Of a DNA stretch of 64,000 nt, positions 47,126 through 57,008 are shown piece by piece. Each line of letters starts with the position of its first letter. Position 1 is the stretch's first letter. The translations under genes were made by a program, and so were the position numbers. The notes under the pieces are model-generated. The model did not search any database. It saw only the letters and a program-made list of their open reading frames with translations, and was not told the DNA's origin. The DNA is from Eubacteriales bacterium (GTDB lineage: Bacteria; Bacillota; Clostridia; Oscillospirales; CAG-382), in assembly GCA_045540015.1 (NCBI GenBank), contig JAZQGP010000047.1:16869-80868 (forward strand). The letters are read 5' to 3'.

Positions 47126-48085
47126 TTGCAACAGTGCAAAACAGCCCTCCGGAAACATCCGGACATGACTTTTTCCAAAACTCTTCCGGACGGATTTTGT
47201 GAAAATCCGAATCTTCACGCCTATCTTTACGTGTCTGCGGACAAGACAGACAGACACACAGCCGCTATAGAAATTGCAAAGTCACTGCTTTGTAAAGAGC
47301 GAAATGAACACGCTCTGCCCTGCGGTAAATGCTCCAACTGCATAAAAATGGCGTCCCTCTCTCATCCCGACTGCTTTTTCTTCGCAAGCAACGGTGAAAA
47401 GGTGAGTGTAGACGACATACGCTCAATCTCGGAAAGAGCATATCTTGCTCCCAATGAAGCAAACGGAAAGGTGTTTATACTGGAAGAAGCAGACACCTAC
47501 AACACACAGTCGCAGAACGCTCTTTTAAAAATACTGGAGGAACCGCCGGAAAATGTATTTTTTATACTGACCTCGGCAGCCAAAAATGCGCTTCTTCCAA
47601 CAGTACGTTCGAGAGTATGTATTCTGTCGGGACGGGAAAAATCGCTCGAAGCCGTAAAGCAGGAGCTTTGTAAGACCTTTCCCGGTCTTTCGCCGACAGC
47701 TCTTAACAGAACGGCATATTTTGCCTACAGCTATGACGGTGCCGACACAAAAAAGCTGAATGCCGAAATGATAGATACGGCATTTGAAACGTGTATTGAT
47801 TTTCTGTCGGGCACAGACGATGGGCTTGACGTGTCACGTCTGCCCAAAAAGCGCGACGAGCTTTCTGTATATCTTCAGGTTTTCATGCTCTGCACACAGC
47901 TTTTGTTAAAAGCAAAAATGACAGGGAATGCCGAGGAAAATGCTCTTACCTCGGAAGAAATTTCCCGTCTGTGTGCAAAAGTAAGCGCAAAACGGGCAAT
48001 AACTCTATATGAGCTGTACGAGACCATATTTTTAAAACTGATGAGCAACGCAAACGAAAACGCTGCAATATCTGCATTGCTTTAA
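47126..48085 (+). CDS. holB: DNA polymerase III delta-prime subunit
   Basis: LHAYLY, zinc module CGKCSNC, and DEAD-like ILEEAD...QNALLKILEEPP. Start is uncertain (TTG 47126 or ATG 47163). Confidence 0.75.
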   Translation: MQQCKTALRKHPDMTFSKTLPDGFCENPNLHAYLYVSADKTDRHTAAIEIAKSLLCKERNEHALPCGKCSNCIKMASLSHPDCFFFASNGEKVSVDDIRSISERAYLAPNEANGKVFILEEADTYNTQSQNALLKILEEPPENVFFILTSAAKNALLPTVRSRVCILSGREKSLEAVKQELCKTFPGLSPTALNRTAYFAYSYDGADTKKLNAEMIDTAFETCIDFLSGTDDGLDVSRLPKKRDELSVYLQVFMLCTQLLLKAKMTGNAEENALTSEEISRLCAKVSAKRAITLYELYETIFLKLMSNANENAAISALL

Positions 48086-48125
48086 AAGCTTAGAGTGCAA
48101 ATATCTGCGCATTGAAAGGATTATA

Positions 48126-49847
48126 ATGAATAACAACAATAATAACAGCAATAAACACGACAGTGACGGCATCACAACAAAAAAAGGCTTTCTTATATCA
48201 CTTCCAGGAAAGAAAAAAGGGAGTGAGGCAAGCTCTGCAAGCTCGATTAACATGGCAAAAAACGTAAACTCGGAGTCATCAATAAATATGAGCAGCACTT
48301 CGGAAAAGAACCCTCAAGGCAAGCGCGGCTTTGACCGTAACCGCAAGAATAACAACGGTGCAAAAGAAAACAACGAACAGAGAAACACTTTTTCCGAAAA
48401 CAGAGACGGCAACAACGAGCGCAGAAACGACAAAAACAACAGACACGACAAAAAACGCCGTGACAAGCAAAACAATTTCCGCGACAACAAAAACGAGAAC
48501 CGTGTCGAAACGGAAAACCGTCACAACAACGACAATTCCCGTAAAAACACAAAAGACAAGTCGAAAAAGCAACGCGGAAATGAGCGCTCTTTCGATAACA
48601 GAACCGATAACAGAAACGAAAACCGCAATGAAAACAGAAACGCCGGAAGAAACCAAAACGACCGCAGAAACGGTCAGAAAAATCCTTCCGATTCAAGAAA
48701 CGATATCCGTAAGGATAAGCAGCCTGAGGTAAAAGTAGACCTTCAGAGCAACAAGAAAAACCCTGCGGTATCTCCACTGTCCGCTCTCTCAGGCGACCTG
48801 TCCTCTTTCGGAAAGGCTCCTTCCCGACATTCCTTTACACATTCGTCCGATGCAAAACCCGAAAACGAGCTGTCTCTTGAGGAAAAATACAAGAACGCCA
48901 TTCCGCTTGCACAGCAGATAGCCGAAGAAAATGCCAAGGCGCGTCACCCAATGATAACCGCCGATGACAGCGAAAAGCAGGAAATTATCGGCGTACGCTT
49001 CAGAGAAGCAGGAAAAATTTACTATTTCGACCCGAACGGGATGCAGGTTCCGTATGCAACGCCCGTTGTAGTCGAAACGGCTCGCGGTGCGGAATACGGC
49101 TTTACCGCAATTTCCAACAGATTCATTCCTTGTGCAAGTCTTGTTTCTCCTCTCAAGAAAATTGTGAGAATTGCAACGGAGGACGACACGAGAAAATATG
49201 TCGCAAACAAGGCACTTGAAAAGGACGGGGCAAAAATTTTCCGCGAGAAGGTGGAAAAGCTCGGCCTTGAAATGAACCTCATATACGTAGAATATACCTT
49301 TGACAACTCAAAGCTCCTGTTCTATTTCACAGCAGAATCAAGAGTTGACTTCCGTGAGCTTGTAAAAGAGCTTGCAGGCGTGTTCAGAACCAGAATAGAG
49401 CTTCGCCAGATAGGTGTCAGAGATGAGGCAAAGGTCCTCGGCGGCATGGGCGTTTGCGGCAGAGCAACCTGCTGCAGCACCTTCCTCGGAGATTTTGCTC
49501 AGGTTTCGATAAAAATGGCAAAAGACCAGAGCCTTTCACTCAATGCCGCAAAAATCTCCGGTGCTTGCGGAAAGCTCATGTGCTGTCTGAGATACGAAGA
49601 CAAGGTTTACGAACAGGAAAACGCACGTACTCCAAAAATCGGCTCACTCGTTGAGACTCCCGATGGAAAAGGTACAGTCACGGAACGCAACACCCTCAAG
49701 GGAACCGTGAAGGTTACACTTGATTCAGAAGAAGCCGCACCTCCAAAGCTTTTCTCGAGAGACGAGGTTAAAATAATCGGTCACAGCAATATTGAAAGCG
49801 ACAGCGAGCACGACGACAACGCAGACGAGATAAAGGATGAAGATTAA
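48126..49847 (+). CDS. ricT: PSP1-domain protein RicT/YaaT with a ~285-aa low-complexity N-terminal extension
   Basis: C-terminal half has the PSP1 core (IIGVRFREAGKIYYFDP...) and the Cys cluster CGRATCCSTF..CGKLMCCL. holB-yaaT synteny. N-terminus is N/R/K/D-rich. Confidence 0.85.
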   Translation: MNNNNNNSNKHDSDGITTKKGFLISLPGKKKGSEASSASSINMAKNVNSESSINMSSTSEKNPQGKRGFDRNRKNNNGAKENNEQRNTFSENRDGNNERRNDKNNRHDKKRRDKQNNFRDNKNENRVETENRHNNDNSRKNTKDKSKKQRGNERSFDNRTDNRNENRNENRNAGRNQNDRRNGQKNPSDSRNDIRKDKQPEVKVDLQSNKKNPAVSPLSALSGDLSSFGKAPSRHSFTHSSDAKPENELSLEEKYKNAIPLAQQIAEENAKARHPMITADDSEKQEIIGVRFREAGKIYYFDPNGMQVPYATPVVVETARGAEYGFTAISNRFIPCASLVSPLKKIVRIATEDDTRKYVANKALEKDGAKIFREKVEKLGLEMNLIYVEYTFDNSKLLFYFTAESRVDFRELVKELAGVFRTRIELRQIGVRDEAKVLGGMGVCGRATCCSTFLGDFAQVSIKMAKDQSLSLNAAKISGACGKLMCCLRYEDKVYEQENARTPKIGSLVETPDGKGTVTERNTLKGTVKVTLDSEEAAPPKLFSRDEVKIIGHSNIESDSEHDDNADEIKDED

Positions 49848-49850
49848 TCC

Positions 49851-50765
49851 ATGAACGGCATACTTAATGTATACAAGCCCGAGGGAATAACCTCATTTTC
49901 GGCAGTTGCAAGAGTAAAGAAATTTACAGGCGAAAAGCGAATAGGCCATGCAGGAACGCTCGATCCGCTTGCAACGGGAGTTCTTCCTCTGCTGATTGGA
50001 AAAGCCGCCTGCATGCAGGAAATGCTCTCAAGCCACGACAAAACCTATGTTGCGGGCGTTCGTCTCGGTACTGTCACGGACACGGGAGACATCACGGGAA
50101 AAATCCTGTCGGAAAACAAAACCGCTATATCGGACGAAGCCTTTGCCGAAGCCCTTCCCGCTTTTGTAGGAAAGCAAAAGCAAGTGCCGCCTATGTATTC
50201 TGCAATACAGGTAGACGGAAAGCGGTTATACGACCTTGCAAGACAGGGTATTGAAGTCGAGCGGCAGGCTCGTGATATCGAAATATACTCCGCAAAGGTT
50301 GTATGCCGCGAAAGTGATACTGACTTTAAAATTGAAGTATCCTGTTCAAAGGGAACATATATAAGAACCCTGTGCGAGGATATCGGGCAGAAATTAGGCG
50401 TCGGTGCGTGCATGTACAGCCTTGAGAGAACGGTGTGCGGACAGTTTGAAAAGAAAGACAGTGTCTCTCTTTCTGAGCTTGAAGAATATTTCAACAGCAG
50501 ACAAACGCAAAAAATCGAGGAAAAGCTCATAAAGCCCGAAAGCATTTTTTCGGATTTGAAAAAGATTTATCTTCCGGAATTTTACTCAAAGCTGTGCATT
50601 AACGGCTGCGAAATATACACAAAGAAAGCACGTATTGACGAAGCACTGTTTGAAACCGGTACAATGTGCCGCATATACACAAACGACAAGCGTTTTATCG
50701 GTCCAGGCGAATTACACGATTTCCCGGACGGCAAAGCAGTAAAGATGAAATACAGATTTATATAA
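49851..50765 (+). CDS. truB: tRNA pseudouridine(55) synthase
   Basis: GHAGTLDPLATGVLP catalytic motif in a 304-aa ORF. Confidence 0.9.
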   Translation: MNGILNVYKPEGITSFSAVARVKKFTGEKRIGHAGTLDPLATGVLPLLIGKAACMQEMLSSHDKTYVAGVRLGTVTDTGDITGKILSENKTAISDEAFAEALPAFVGKQKQVPPMYSAIQVDGKRLYDLARQGIEVERQARDIEIYSAKVVCRESDTDFKIEVSCSKGTYIRTLCEDIGQKLGVGACMYSLERTVCGQFEKKDSVSLSELEEYFNSRQTQKIEEKLIKPESIFSDLKKIYLPEFYSKLCINGCEIYTKKARIDEALFETGTMCRIYTNDKRFIGPGELHDFPDGKAVKMKYRFI

Positions 50766-50789
50766 GACACCAGGAAAGGAAAAAGAAAA

Positions 50790-52031
50790 ATGGTACAGCA
50801 GAATCTTGATTTTTTAAAACAGTATGACCCTGAGATTGCAGATGCAATAGGTCTTGAGCTCTCGCGTCAGAGAAGGAACATAGAGCTTATCGCAAGCGAA
50901 AATATAGTATCCGAGGCAGTTCTTTCGGCAATGGGAAGCGTCCTTACAAACAAGTATGCCGAGGGTTATCCCGGAAAGCGTTACTACGGCGGCTGCGAAT
51001 GTGTTGACGTTGCAGAAAACATCGCAAGAGAACGTGCATGTAAGCTCTTCGGTGCAGAACACGCAAATGTTCAGCCTCATTCGGGTGCAAGTGCAAACTT
51101 TGCTGTATTCACAGCTTTTCTAAAACCCGGTGACACAGTTATGGGCATGAATCTTGCCCACGGCGGACATCTCTCTCACGGAAGCCCCGTAAACGTTTCG
51201 GGTATGTACTTCAATGTAGTTCCCTACGGTGTAGGCGACGACGGTTTTATTGACTACGACGAAATGGAAAGAATCGCAATCGAGTCAAAACCCAAGATGA
51301 TTATTGCAGGTGCGTCTGCATATCCGAGAGTTATCGACTTTGAACGTTTCTCAAAGGTTGCAAAGAAGGTCGGCGCTATTCTCATGGTTGACATGGCTCA
51401 CATTGCAGGTCTTGTTGCTGCAGGTGTTCACCCAAGTCCCGTACCTTATGCTGACGTTGTAACAACTACAACTCACAAAACTCTTCGCGGTCCGAGAGGC
51501 GGTCTTATACTTTGCAAGGAGGAATTTGCAAAGCAGATTGACAAGTCCATTTTCCCGGGAACTCAGGGCGGCCCTCTCATGCACATAATTGCGGCAAAGG
51601 CTGTTTGCTTCGGTGAAGCGTTAAAGCCTGAGTTTGTATCTTACCAGAAGCAGCTTGTTTCCAACATGAGCGTATTTGCTTCTTCTCTTCTCGAAGAAGG
51701 CTTTAAGCTTGTTTCGGGCGGCACAGACAACCATCTCGGTCTTGTAGACCTTCGTCCTTTCGGAATTACAGGCAAGGAATTTGAACACAGACTTGACGAG
51801 GTTTACATCACCGTAAACAAGAACGCAATACCCAACGACCCCGAGAAGCCATTTGTTACAAGTGGCGTAAGAGTAGGAACTGCTGCTGCCACTTCACGCG
51901 GCTTTGTTGAAGAAGATTTTAAAACAATTGCTCATCTCTTCAAGCTCACCGCAACCGAATTTGAAACTAAAGCCGACTACATCAGAGAGCAAGTCTGCGC
52001 TCTTTGCGACAAGTATCCGCTTTATATATAA
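50790..52031 (+). CDS. glyA: serine hydroxymethyltransferase
   Basis: [11 protein letters not shown], and the PLP-lysine region [16 protein letters not shown]. Confidence 0.95.
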   Translation: MVQQNLDFLKQYDPEIADAIGLELSRQRRNIELIASENIVSEAVLSAMGSVLTNKYAEGYPGKRYYGGCECVDVAENIARERACKLFGAEHANVQPHSGASANFAVFTAFLKPGDTVMGMNLAHGGHLSHGSPVNVSGMYFNVVPYGVGDDGFIDYDEMERIAIESKPKMIIAGASAYPRVIDFERFSKVAKKVGAILMVDMAHIAGLVAAGVHPSPVPYADVVTTTTHKTLRGPRGGLILCKEEFAKQIDKSIFPGTQGGPLMHIIAAKAVCFGEALKPEFVSYQKQLVSNMSVFASSLLEEGFKLVSGGTDNHLGLVDLRPFGITGKEFEHRLDEVYITVNKNAIPNDPEKPFVTSGVRVGTAAATSRGFVEEDFKTIAHLFKLTATEFETKADYIREQVCALCDKYPLYI

Positions 52032-52040
52032 TAAAACTCA

Positions 52041-52071
52041 AAGACGGCTTGATTTTTCTTGCCGTCTTTTT
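52041..52071 (+). terminator. glyA intrinsic terminator
   Basis: AAGACGGC-12 nt-GCCGTCTT followed by TTT. Confidence 0.8.
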
Positions 52072-52089
52072 GAAAAACAAGGTGAAAAT

Positions 52090-52665
52090 ATGAATATAAT
52101 TTTGGCATCCCAGTCACCAAGGCGTCGCGAAATACTTGAAAACCTCGGCGTAAAATTCACGTGCGAGCCATCGGATGTTGACGAAACAATAGAAGAAAGC
52201 CTGTCTCCCGATAAAGCAGTAATGGAAATATCAAAGAGAAAAGCGCTTTTCTGCCTTGAAAACCATGACGATGAAGTTTTTATAATCTCTGCCGACACAG
52301 TCGTTGTTATTGACGGTAAAATCATAGGCAAACCCAAAGACGAAAAGGATGCATTTGATATCCTGAAAAACCTTTCGGGTAAAACCCACGAGGTTTACAC
52401 AGGCTATACTCTCTGCACAAAACAAAAATCTCTTTGCGATGTTTGCTGTACAAAAGTAACCTTCAAAACCCTGTCGGATCAGGAAATTACAAGATATATT
52501 GCAACTAAAGAACCTCTCGACAAAGCAGGGGCCTACGGTATACAGGGCAAAGGCGCAGTTTTCGTCAAGGAAATACACGGAGACTATCTCAATGTCGTAG
52601 GTCTTCCCGCAAGTAAAATTTTTGACGATGCACAAAAACATTTTAATATATACTTGAATTGTTAA
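52090..52665 (+). CDS. maf: Maf-like nucleoside-triphosphate pyrophosphatase
   Basis: MNIILASQSPRRREIL N-terminus and AYGIQG motif. The longer ORF-track start (51904) overlaps glyA and its terminator. Confidence 0.88.
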   Translation: MNIILASQSPRRREILENLGVKFTCEPSDVDETIEESLSPDKAVMEISKRKALFCLENHDDEVFIISADTVVVIDGKIIGKPKDEKDAFDILKNLSGKTHEVYTGYTLCTKQKSLCDVCCTKVTFKTLSDQEITRYIATKEPLDKAGAYGIQGKGAVFVKEIHGDYLNVVGLPASKIFDDAQKHFNIYLNC

Positions 52666-52716
52666 CACTTATATGATATCATGTAGTTATCAATACGAGG
52701 AAGAAGGGTGTTTAAT

Positions 52717-54426
52717 ATGATTAAGAACCTCAAGCACAATTATCCTATGAAGGAAGTCAAGTATACCCCCAACATGAAGGTTGTCATTGAAGACTCCTTA
52801 AAGCAGCAGAACGAATTCGGTCAGACCATCGCTTACCGCTACCGCAAAGGTGCAGAAATCGTTGAAGTGTCATATGAGCAGTTTTATCTTGACACAAAGT
52901 ATATCGGCTCTGCTTTCACGGAAATGGGTTTCAGAAAAGGCAACAAAATTGCAATGATAGGTCCCAACAGCTATGAATGGATAACTGTTTTCGTTTCCGT
53001 TCTCAACAGCGAAGCCGTGTTTGTTCCCGTCGACAAAGAGCTTCCCATAGAAGAAATTGCATTCATTATAAACGACAGCGACACGGATGTTTTCTTCTAC
53101 GCTTCGGTTTATGATGAAAAAATAAAGGCAAACAAAGAACTTTTCAAAAACGTAAAGTACTTTGTAAACATAGATGCAAAGGAAAATGACGGAGAATTCC
53201 TTTCCTACAGAAAGCTCATGGAAAAAGGTAAAAACCTTTTCGACGGCGGTTACACTGAATACACAGACATGACACCCGTCGAAGAAGAACTCAAGATGAT
53301 TGTTTACACCTCGGGCACTACAGGCACAGCAAAGGGTGTAATGCTCAGTCTTGCAAATGTCATGAGTGCTCAGAACTACGGTCTCAGAGTTTCATCCATA
53401 GCAAAAACCATGATAAATGTACTTCCGCTTCATCACACCTTTGGCGGACTTGTTGATATTCTCGTTGCCATAAAATGCGGCTGTACCATGGGTATCAACG
53501 ACAGCATAAGAAACGTTCTTCCGAACTTCAAGGCATACAAGCCCGAAGGCGCAATGCTTGTTCCTCTGTTTGTTGAAAAATTCTACCAGAGAATATGGGC
53601 AGGCATTGAAGAAAAGGGACTTACAAAGACCTTCAAGATTATGATGTCTGTAAGCAACGCTCTGCTCAAGGTCGGCATTGACGTAAGAAGAGTTCTTTTC
53701 AAATCAATTCATGAGCAGTTCGGTGGAAACTTAAGACTTATCGTTTGCGGCGGCGCACCCATGAGAGAAGAGCTCGGACGTTTCTTCGAATCAATAGGTA
53801 TAACAATTACCAACGGCTACGGAATCACGGAATGTTCTCCTCTTGTATCGGTTAACAGAGAGTATTATTACAACTTCTCCTCTGTAGGTGTGGTTTGTCC
53901 GAATGTTGAAGTAAAAATTGACAACCCCAATGAAGACGGAGAAGGTGAAATTCTCGTAAAAGGTCCCGTTGTAATGATGGGTTATTACAAAAACCCCGAA
54001 AAGACGGCAGAGGTTCTCACCGAGGACGGCTGGTTCAGCACAGGTGACTACGGAAAATACGACAGAGAAGCCGAAAGACTTTACATCACAGGCAGAAAGA
54101 AGAACCTCATCGTACTCAAGAACGGCAAGAACATTTATCCCGAGGAAATTGAAGATTATCTGACAGGAAAGACCGAAATCGAAGAAGTTATTATCAGCGC
54201 AATCAAAGACGAAGACGGAAGCGAAGTGGGACTTCAGGCAGAAATCTATCCGTTCCAGGAAAAGATTGAAGGCATGGATGAAAAAGCCGCCTACGACTTT
54301 ATCAAGAATGTTGTTGAAGAATACAACAAGACAATGCCCGCACACAAGAGAGTCATCAAAGTTACTGTCCGCAAGGAACCCTTTGAAAAGACAACCTCAG
54401 GCAAGATTAAGAGAAAGTACAACTAA
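52717..54426 (+). CDS. AMP-dependent acyl-CoA synthetase (long-chain fatty acid-CoA ligase-like)
   Basis: Adenylation motifs YTSGTTGTAKGV, GYGITE, TGD and SGKIKR. Confidence 0.85.
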   Translation: MIKNLKHNYPMKEVKYTPNMKVVIEDSLKQQNEFGQTIAYRYRKGAEIVEVSYEQFYLDTKYIGSAFTEMGFRKGNKIAMIGPNSYEWITVFVSVLNSEAVFVPVDKELPIEEIAFIINDSDTDVFFYASVYDEKIKANKELFKNVKYFVNIDAKENDGEFLSYRKLMEKGKNLFDGGYTEYTDMTPVEEELKMIVYTSGTTGTAKGVMLSLANVMSAQNYGLRVSSIAKTMINVLPLHHTFGGLVDILVAIKCGCTMGINDSIRNVLPNFKAYKPEGAMLVPLFVEKFYQRIWAGIEEKGLTKTFKIMMSVSNALLKVGIDVRRVLFKSIHEQFGGNLRLIVCGGAPMREELGRFFESIGITITNGYGITECSPLVSVNREYYYNFSSVGVVCPNVEVKIDNPNEDGEGEILVKGPVVMMGYYKNPEKTAEVLTEDGWFSTGDYGKYDREAERLYITGRKKNLIVLKNGKNIYPEEIEDYLTGKTEIEEVIISAIKDEDGSEVGLQAEIYPFQEKIEGMDEKAAYDFIKNVVEEYNKTMPAHKRVIKVTVRKEPFEKTTSGKIKRKYN

Positions 54427-54430
54427 TTTC

Positions 54431-54472
54431 AAACGAAAAAGAGCCGAAGTGAATGCTTCGGCTCATAGTTTT
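54431..54472. terminator. bidirectional terminator between convergent genes
   Basis: GAGCCGAAG-6 nt-CTTCGGCTC flanked by an A-run and a T-run. Confidence 0.7.
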
Positions 54473-55113
54473 TAAATATCAAAATCCGATTTTACTTCAA
54501 ACTCTCGCGGTATGTTTTCAAACGGACAAATAAAGGAAATTTTTGTGCTGAAAAGTGCGATATTTTTAATATTATCCTTTGCACCGTATTTGCCATCACC
54601 CACAAGGGGCATTTTTCTTGATGCAAACTGCGCTCTTATCTGATGGGAACGGCCGGTTTCAAGCGTCACATGCACACGGGAAACCGTCTTCCCGTCCTTC
54701 TCGGTTGTTTCAAGTGTTTCATAATACAGCCTTGCTCTCTTTACGCCCTTTCTCTCTTTATCCACAACAAAGGTTTTATTTTTTCTGCTATCCTTAAAGA
54801 GATAATCCTCCATAGAGCCTCTTTCAAGCGAAGGTGTTCCGTAAACAAGTGCCTCATATTCTTTTTTCATTTTGCCGTCCGCAACAAGAGCAGACATTTT
54901 TCCGGCTGCGGTTTTATTAAGTGCATAAACCATGACGCCGCCAACGCCGACATCAAGTCTATGAAGTGCAAACACTTCTTTTACACAAAGCTTTTCGCGA
55001 AGAGCTTGCACAACGCTTGGCATATCCTTTGTATCTTCACTTGAATATCCTACCGGTTTTATGCAAGAAACAATATTTTTATCACTATACAGTATTTCAA
55101 CATCTTTCTGCAC
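54472..55113 (-). CDS. RluA-family pseudouridine synthase
   Basis: HRLDVGVGGVMV catalytic Asp motif in a 213-aa ORF. Confidence 0.85.
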   Translation of the reverse strand: MQKDVEILYSDKNIVSCIKPVGYSSEDTKDMPSVVQALREKLCVKEVFALHRLDVGVGGVMVYALNKTAAGKMSALVADGKMKKEYEALVYGTPSLERGSMEDYLFKDSRKNKTFVVDKERKGVKRARLYYETLETTEKDGKTVSRVHVTLETGRSHQIRAQFASRKMPLVGDGKYGAKDNIKNIALFSTKISFICPFENIPREFEVKSDFDI

Positions 55114-55182
55114 TTATTTCACCTACCCTTTTGTGTAAAACAAAAAGCATACCACTCTGTGATATGCCTCTACTTCTTATAA

Positions 55183-55260
55183 TGGGGTGAATTATGGGAA
55201 TCGAACCCATGACCTCCAGGGCCACAACCTGGCGCTCTAACCAGCTGAGCTAAACCCACC
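55183..55260 (-). tRNA. tRNA-His (GTG)
   Basis: Cloverleaf built by hand, 78 nt. Extra G-1 opposite discriminator C, anticodon loop TTGTGGC, T-loop TTCGATT, encoded CCA. Confidence 0.9.
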
Positions 55261-55278
55261 ATATAAAAAATCCGTTTA

Positions 55279-55355
55279 TGGCGCGTCTTGAGAGACTCGA
55301 ACTCCCGACCTACTGCTTAGAAGGCAGTTGCTCTATCCAGCTGAGCTAAAGACGC
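55279..55355 (-). tRNA. tRNA-Arg (TCT)
   Basis: 77 nt. Acceptor GCGTCTT/AAGACGC, anticodon loop CTTCTAA, T-loop TTCGAGT, encoded CCA. Confidence 0.9.
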
Positions 55356-55386
55356 GTGTTTCCTATAAAAACCCTTAAACGGAAAA

Positions 55387-55460
55387 TGGAGCGGGTGAAG
55401 GGAATCGAACCCTCGCCGCCAGCTTGGAAGGCTGGAGTTCTACCATTGAACAACACCCGC
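55387..55460 (-). tRNA. tRNA-Gly (TCC)
   Basis: 74 nt. Acceptor GCGGGTG/CACCCGC, anticodon loop CTTCCAA, T-loop TTCGATT, encoded CCA. Confidence 0.9.
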
Positions 55461-55491
55461 ATATATTCGCCACTCACTCGGTGACTTGGTT

Positions 55492-55520
55492 ATTTTACCA
55501 CACATCTTTTATTTTGTCAA
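55492..55520 (-). promoter_or_regulatory. promoter of the Gly-Arg-His tRNA operon
   Basis: Minus strand: TTGACA, 17-nt spacer, TAAAAT, about 30 nt upstream of tRNA-Gly. Confidence 0.7.
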
Positions 55521-55542
55521 GAGGTTTTTCAAAAAAATCCAC

Positions 55543-55960
55543 GCTTTCTTGAAAGAAAGCTTAGCAAAGAACTTTTGAACGGGGAAATTGAAGTTTAAAC
55601 AACTTCAATTTCACATCGCCTGCCATTAGTATTTCTCATAAAATCTAAACAACTTCAATTTCACGATACTTTCTAACAAATTACTCTTTAATTTATATAC
55701 CTTGAAATACATAACTGCTCCAATGAAGCGGATTTGTAATCTTATAAGCCATCGCCGTAAGCTATGGAAGCTGCAAGTTAGTACCTAACAATATGGAGGA
55801 ATTTAGTATTCTTTTTGAAAGAAGTGAAAAAGATAGGCGTCGGCGACAAGGAAGGGTGTCCGAGGGAAACGTAGTTTCCATGGGCGGACTTTGTAGTACT
55901 TTCCTCCGGTGGAAAGTACGAAAAAAGAAACTATAGCTTTAAATTAGTATATCTCGGTCG
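55543..55960. repeat. modular intergenic repeat, copy C (long form)
   Basis: A/T palindrome GCTTTCTT-GA-AAGAAAGC. Hairpin GAAATTGAAGT/ACTTCAATTTC (55584-55612). Exact 19-nt repeat of the right-arm segment (TAAACAACTTCAATTTCAC at 55596-55614 and 55646-55664). Block 55716-55855 is homologous to copy A. GC hairpins follow. Confidence 0.7.
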
Positions 55961-56002
55961 ATAAGAGTCAAAATTCCCCTTTAACGAAACTAAACACAAA
56001 GT

Positions 56003-56048
56003 AACTATAAAACAATCACACCCTGAAGCCTGAATACTTCAAGGTGTG
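56003..56048 (-). terminator. intrinsic terminator of the M23 peptidase gene
   Basis: Minus strand: CACACCTTGAAG-8 nt-CTTCAGGGTGTG followed by ATTGTTTTAT. One position is a G:U wobble on the minus strand but an A-C mismatch on the plus strand. Confidence 0.7.
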
Positions 56049-56071
56049 CAAAATCTCCTCTTTTTACCGCT

Positions 56072-56896
56072 TTACTCAAACAATGTTGTCACATCAAAAT
56101 ATTCGCCGTCTTTCATCGCTTCAATATGCACATGAGGTGTCTGTGCGGATTCCGCAAGAGCCGTTTGTCCGACGCCGCCTATAACATCACCGGTTTTTAC
56201 GGTTTTACCCTCTTCTATTCCCTGCGGCAATGCTTCCGAAAGGTTTCGGTAAGAAATAACAAGTCCGTCCGAGCTTTCCACCGTCACGCTCTTGCCAAAA
56301 AGAATATCATCGGAAACCTCTGTTATTGTTCCGCCGGATATTGCCTTTACAGGCGTTGCCATCTCGCAGGCAATATCTGTTCCCAGATGCACACGGTAGT
56401 CGTACATTGTGGGAGAATATACAAGGACATCGGGAGAAAACTCCCATGTCACAAACCCTTCACACGGCGCAACATATCCGGGATATCCCAAATCCTCTTC
56501 TGCAGCATTTTGTTCCTCGATACCTGCTTTTGACGTATTTTCTTCATGAGCATGCGTGTCGGGCGCTTGTTCCTGCTCATCGGCTTTTTGCTTTTCATCC
56601 GCCGCATCACTCTTTTCGCTTGTCTCGGCACTCACGCCCTCCTGATTTCCCGACACCTGTGCTTCAAGCTTTTCTTTTTCAAACTCCGGAAAAGCAGATA
56701 TCTCCGGAAACTCTATATCACGAATTTCATATTTTGTATCCTCCATGCTTTCCGGAATTTCAATGTCTTTTATATCGTCCGACAATATTGACACCACCGC
56801 ATTGGTTGATACCCCGACCACAGCCGCGGCAAGCGCAATATATACGCCAACACTCATCATCTGTTTTGCAAAACCCTTTTTATTACTGTTCTTCAT
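56072..56896 (-). CDS. M23 family metallopeptidase (LytM-type) with an N-terminal membrane anchor
   Basis: TM helix, acidic linker, then HLGTDI (HxxxD) and HVHIE (HxH) motifs. Confidence 0.85.
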   Translation of the reverse strand: MKNSNKKGFAKQMMSVGVYIALAAAVVGVSTNAVVSILSDDIKDIEIPESMEDTKYEIRDIEFPEISAFPEFEKEKLEAQVSGNQEGVSAETSEKSDAADEKQKADEQEQAPDTHAHEENTSKAGIEEQNAAEEDLGYPGYVAPCEGFVTWEFSPDVLVYSPTMYDYRVHLGTDIACEMATPVKAISGGTITEVSDDILFGKSVTVESSDGLVISYRNLSEALPQGIEEGKTVKTGDVIGGVGQTALAESAQTPHVHIEAMKDGEYFDVTTLFE

Positions 56897-57008
56897 ATCT
56901 TCATTTCCTTTCCGGATACATTATATTTTCCTTCTTTATTTTTACCCAAAAAGCACATGTTATACGTACTTTTAACTGTTTTTCACTGTTTTTTACAGTT
57001 GTAAAAAC

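Noticed and set aside
48247-48777. Alternative-frame ORFs (176 and 125 aa on the minus strand, 133 aa on the plus strand) in the 5' half of ricT.
   Set aside because: They are a consequence of A-rich low-complexity DNA that lacks stop codons in several frames. Only the annotated frame continues into the conserved PSP1 domain and has an RBS.
51904-52089. N-terminal extension of the maf ORF (track start 51904), overlapping glyA.
   Set aside because: The extension overlaps the last 128 nt of glyA and contains the glyA terminator. The conserved Maf N-terminus (MNIILASQSPRR) begins at 52090, after GGTGAAAA.
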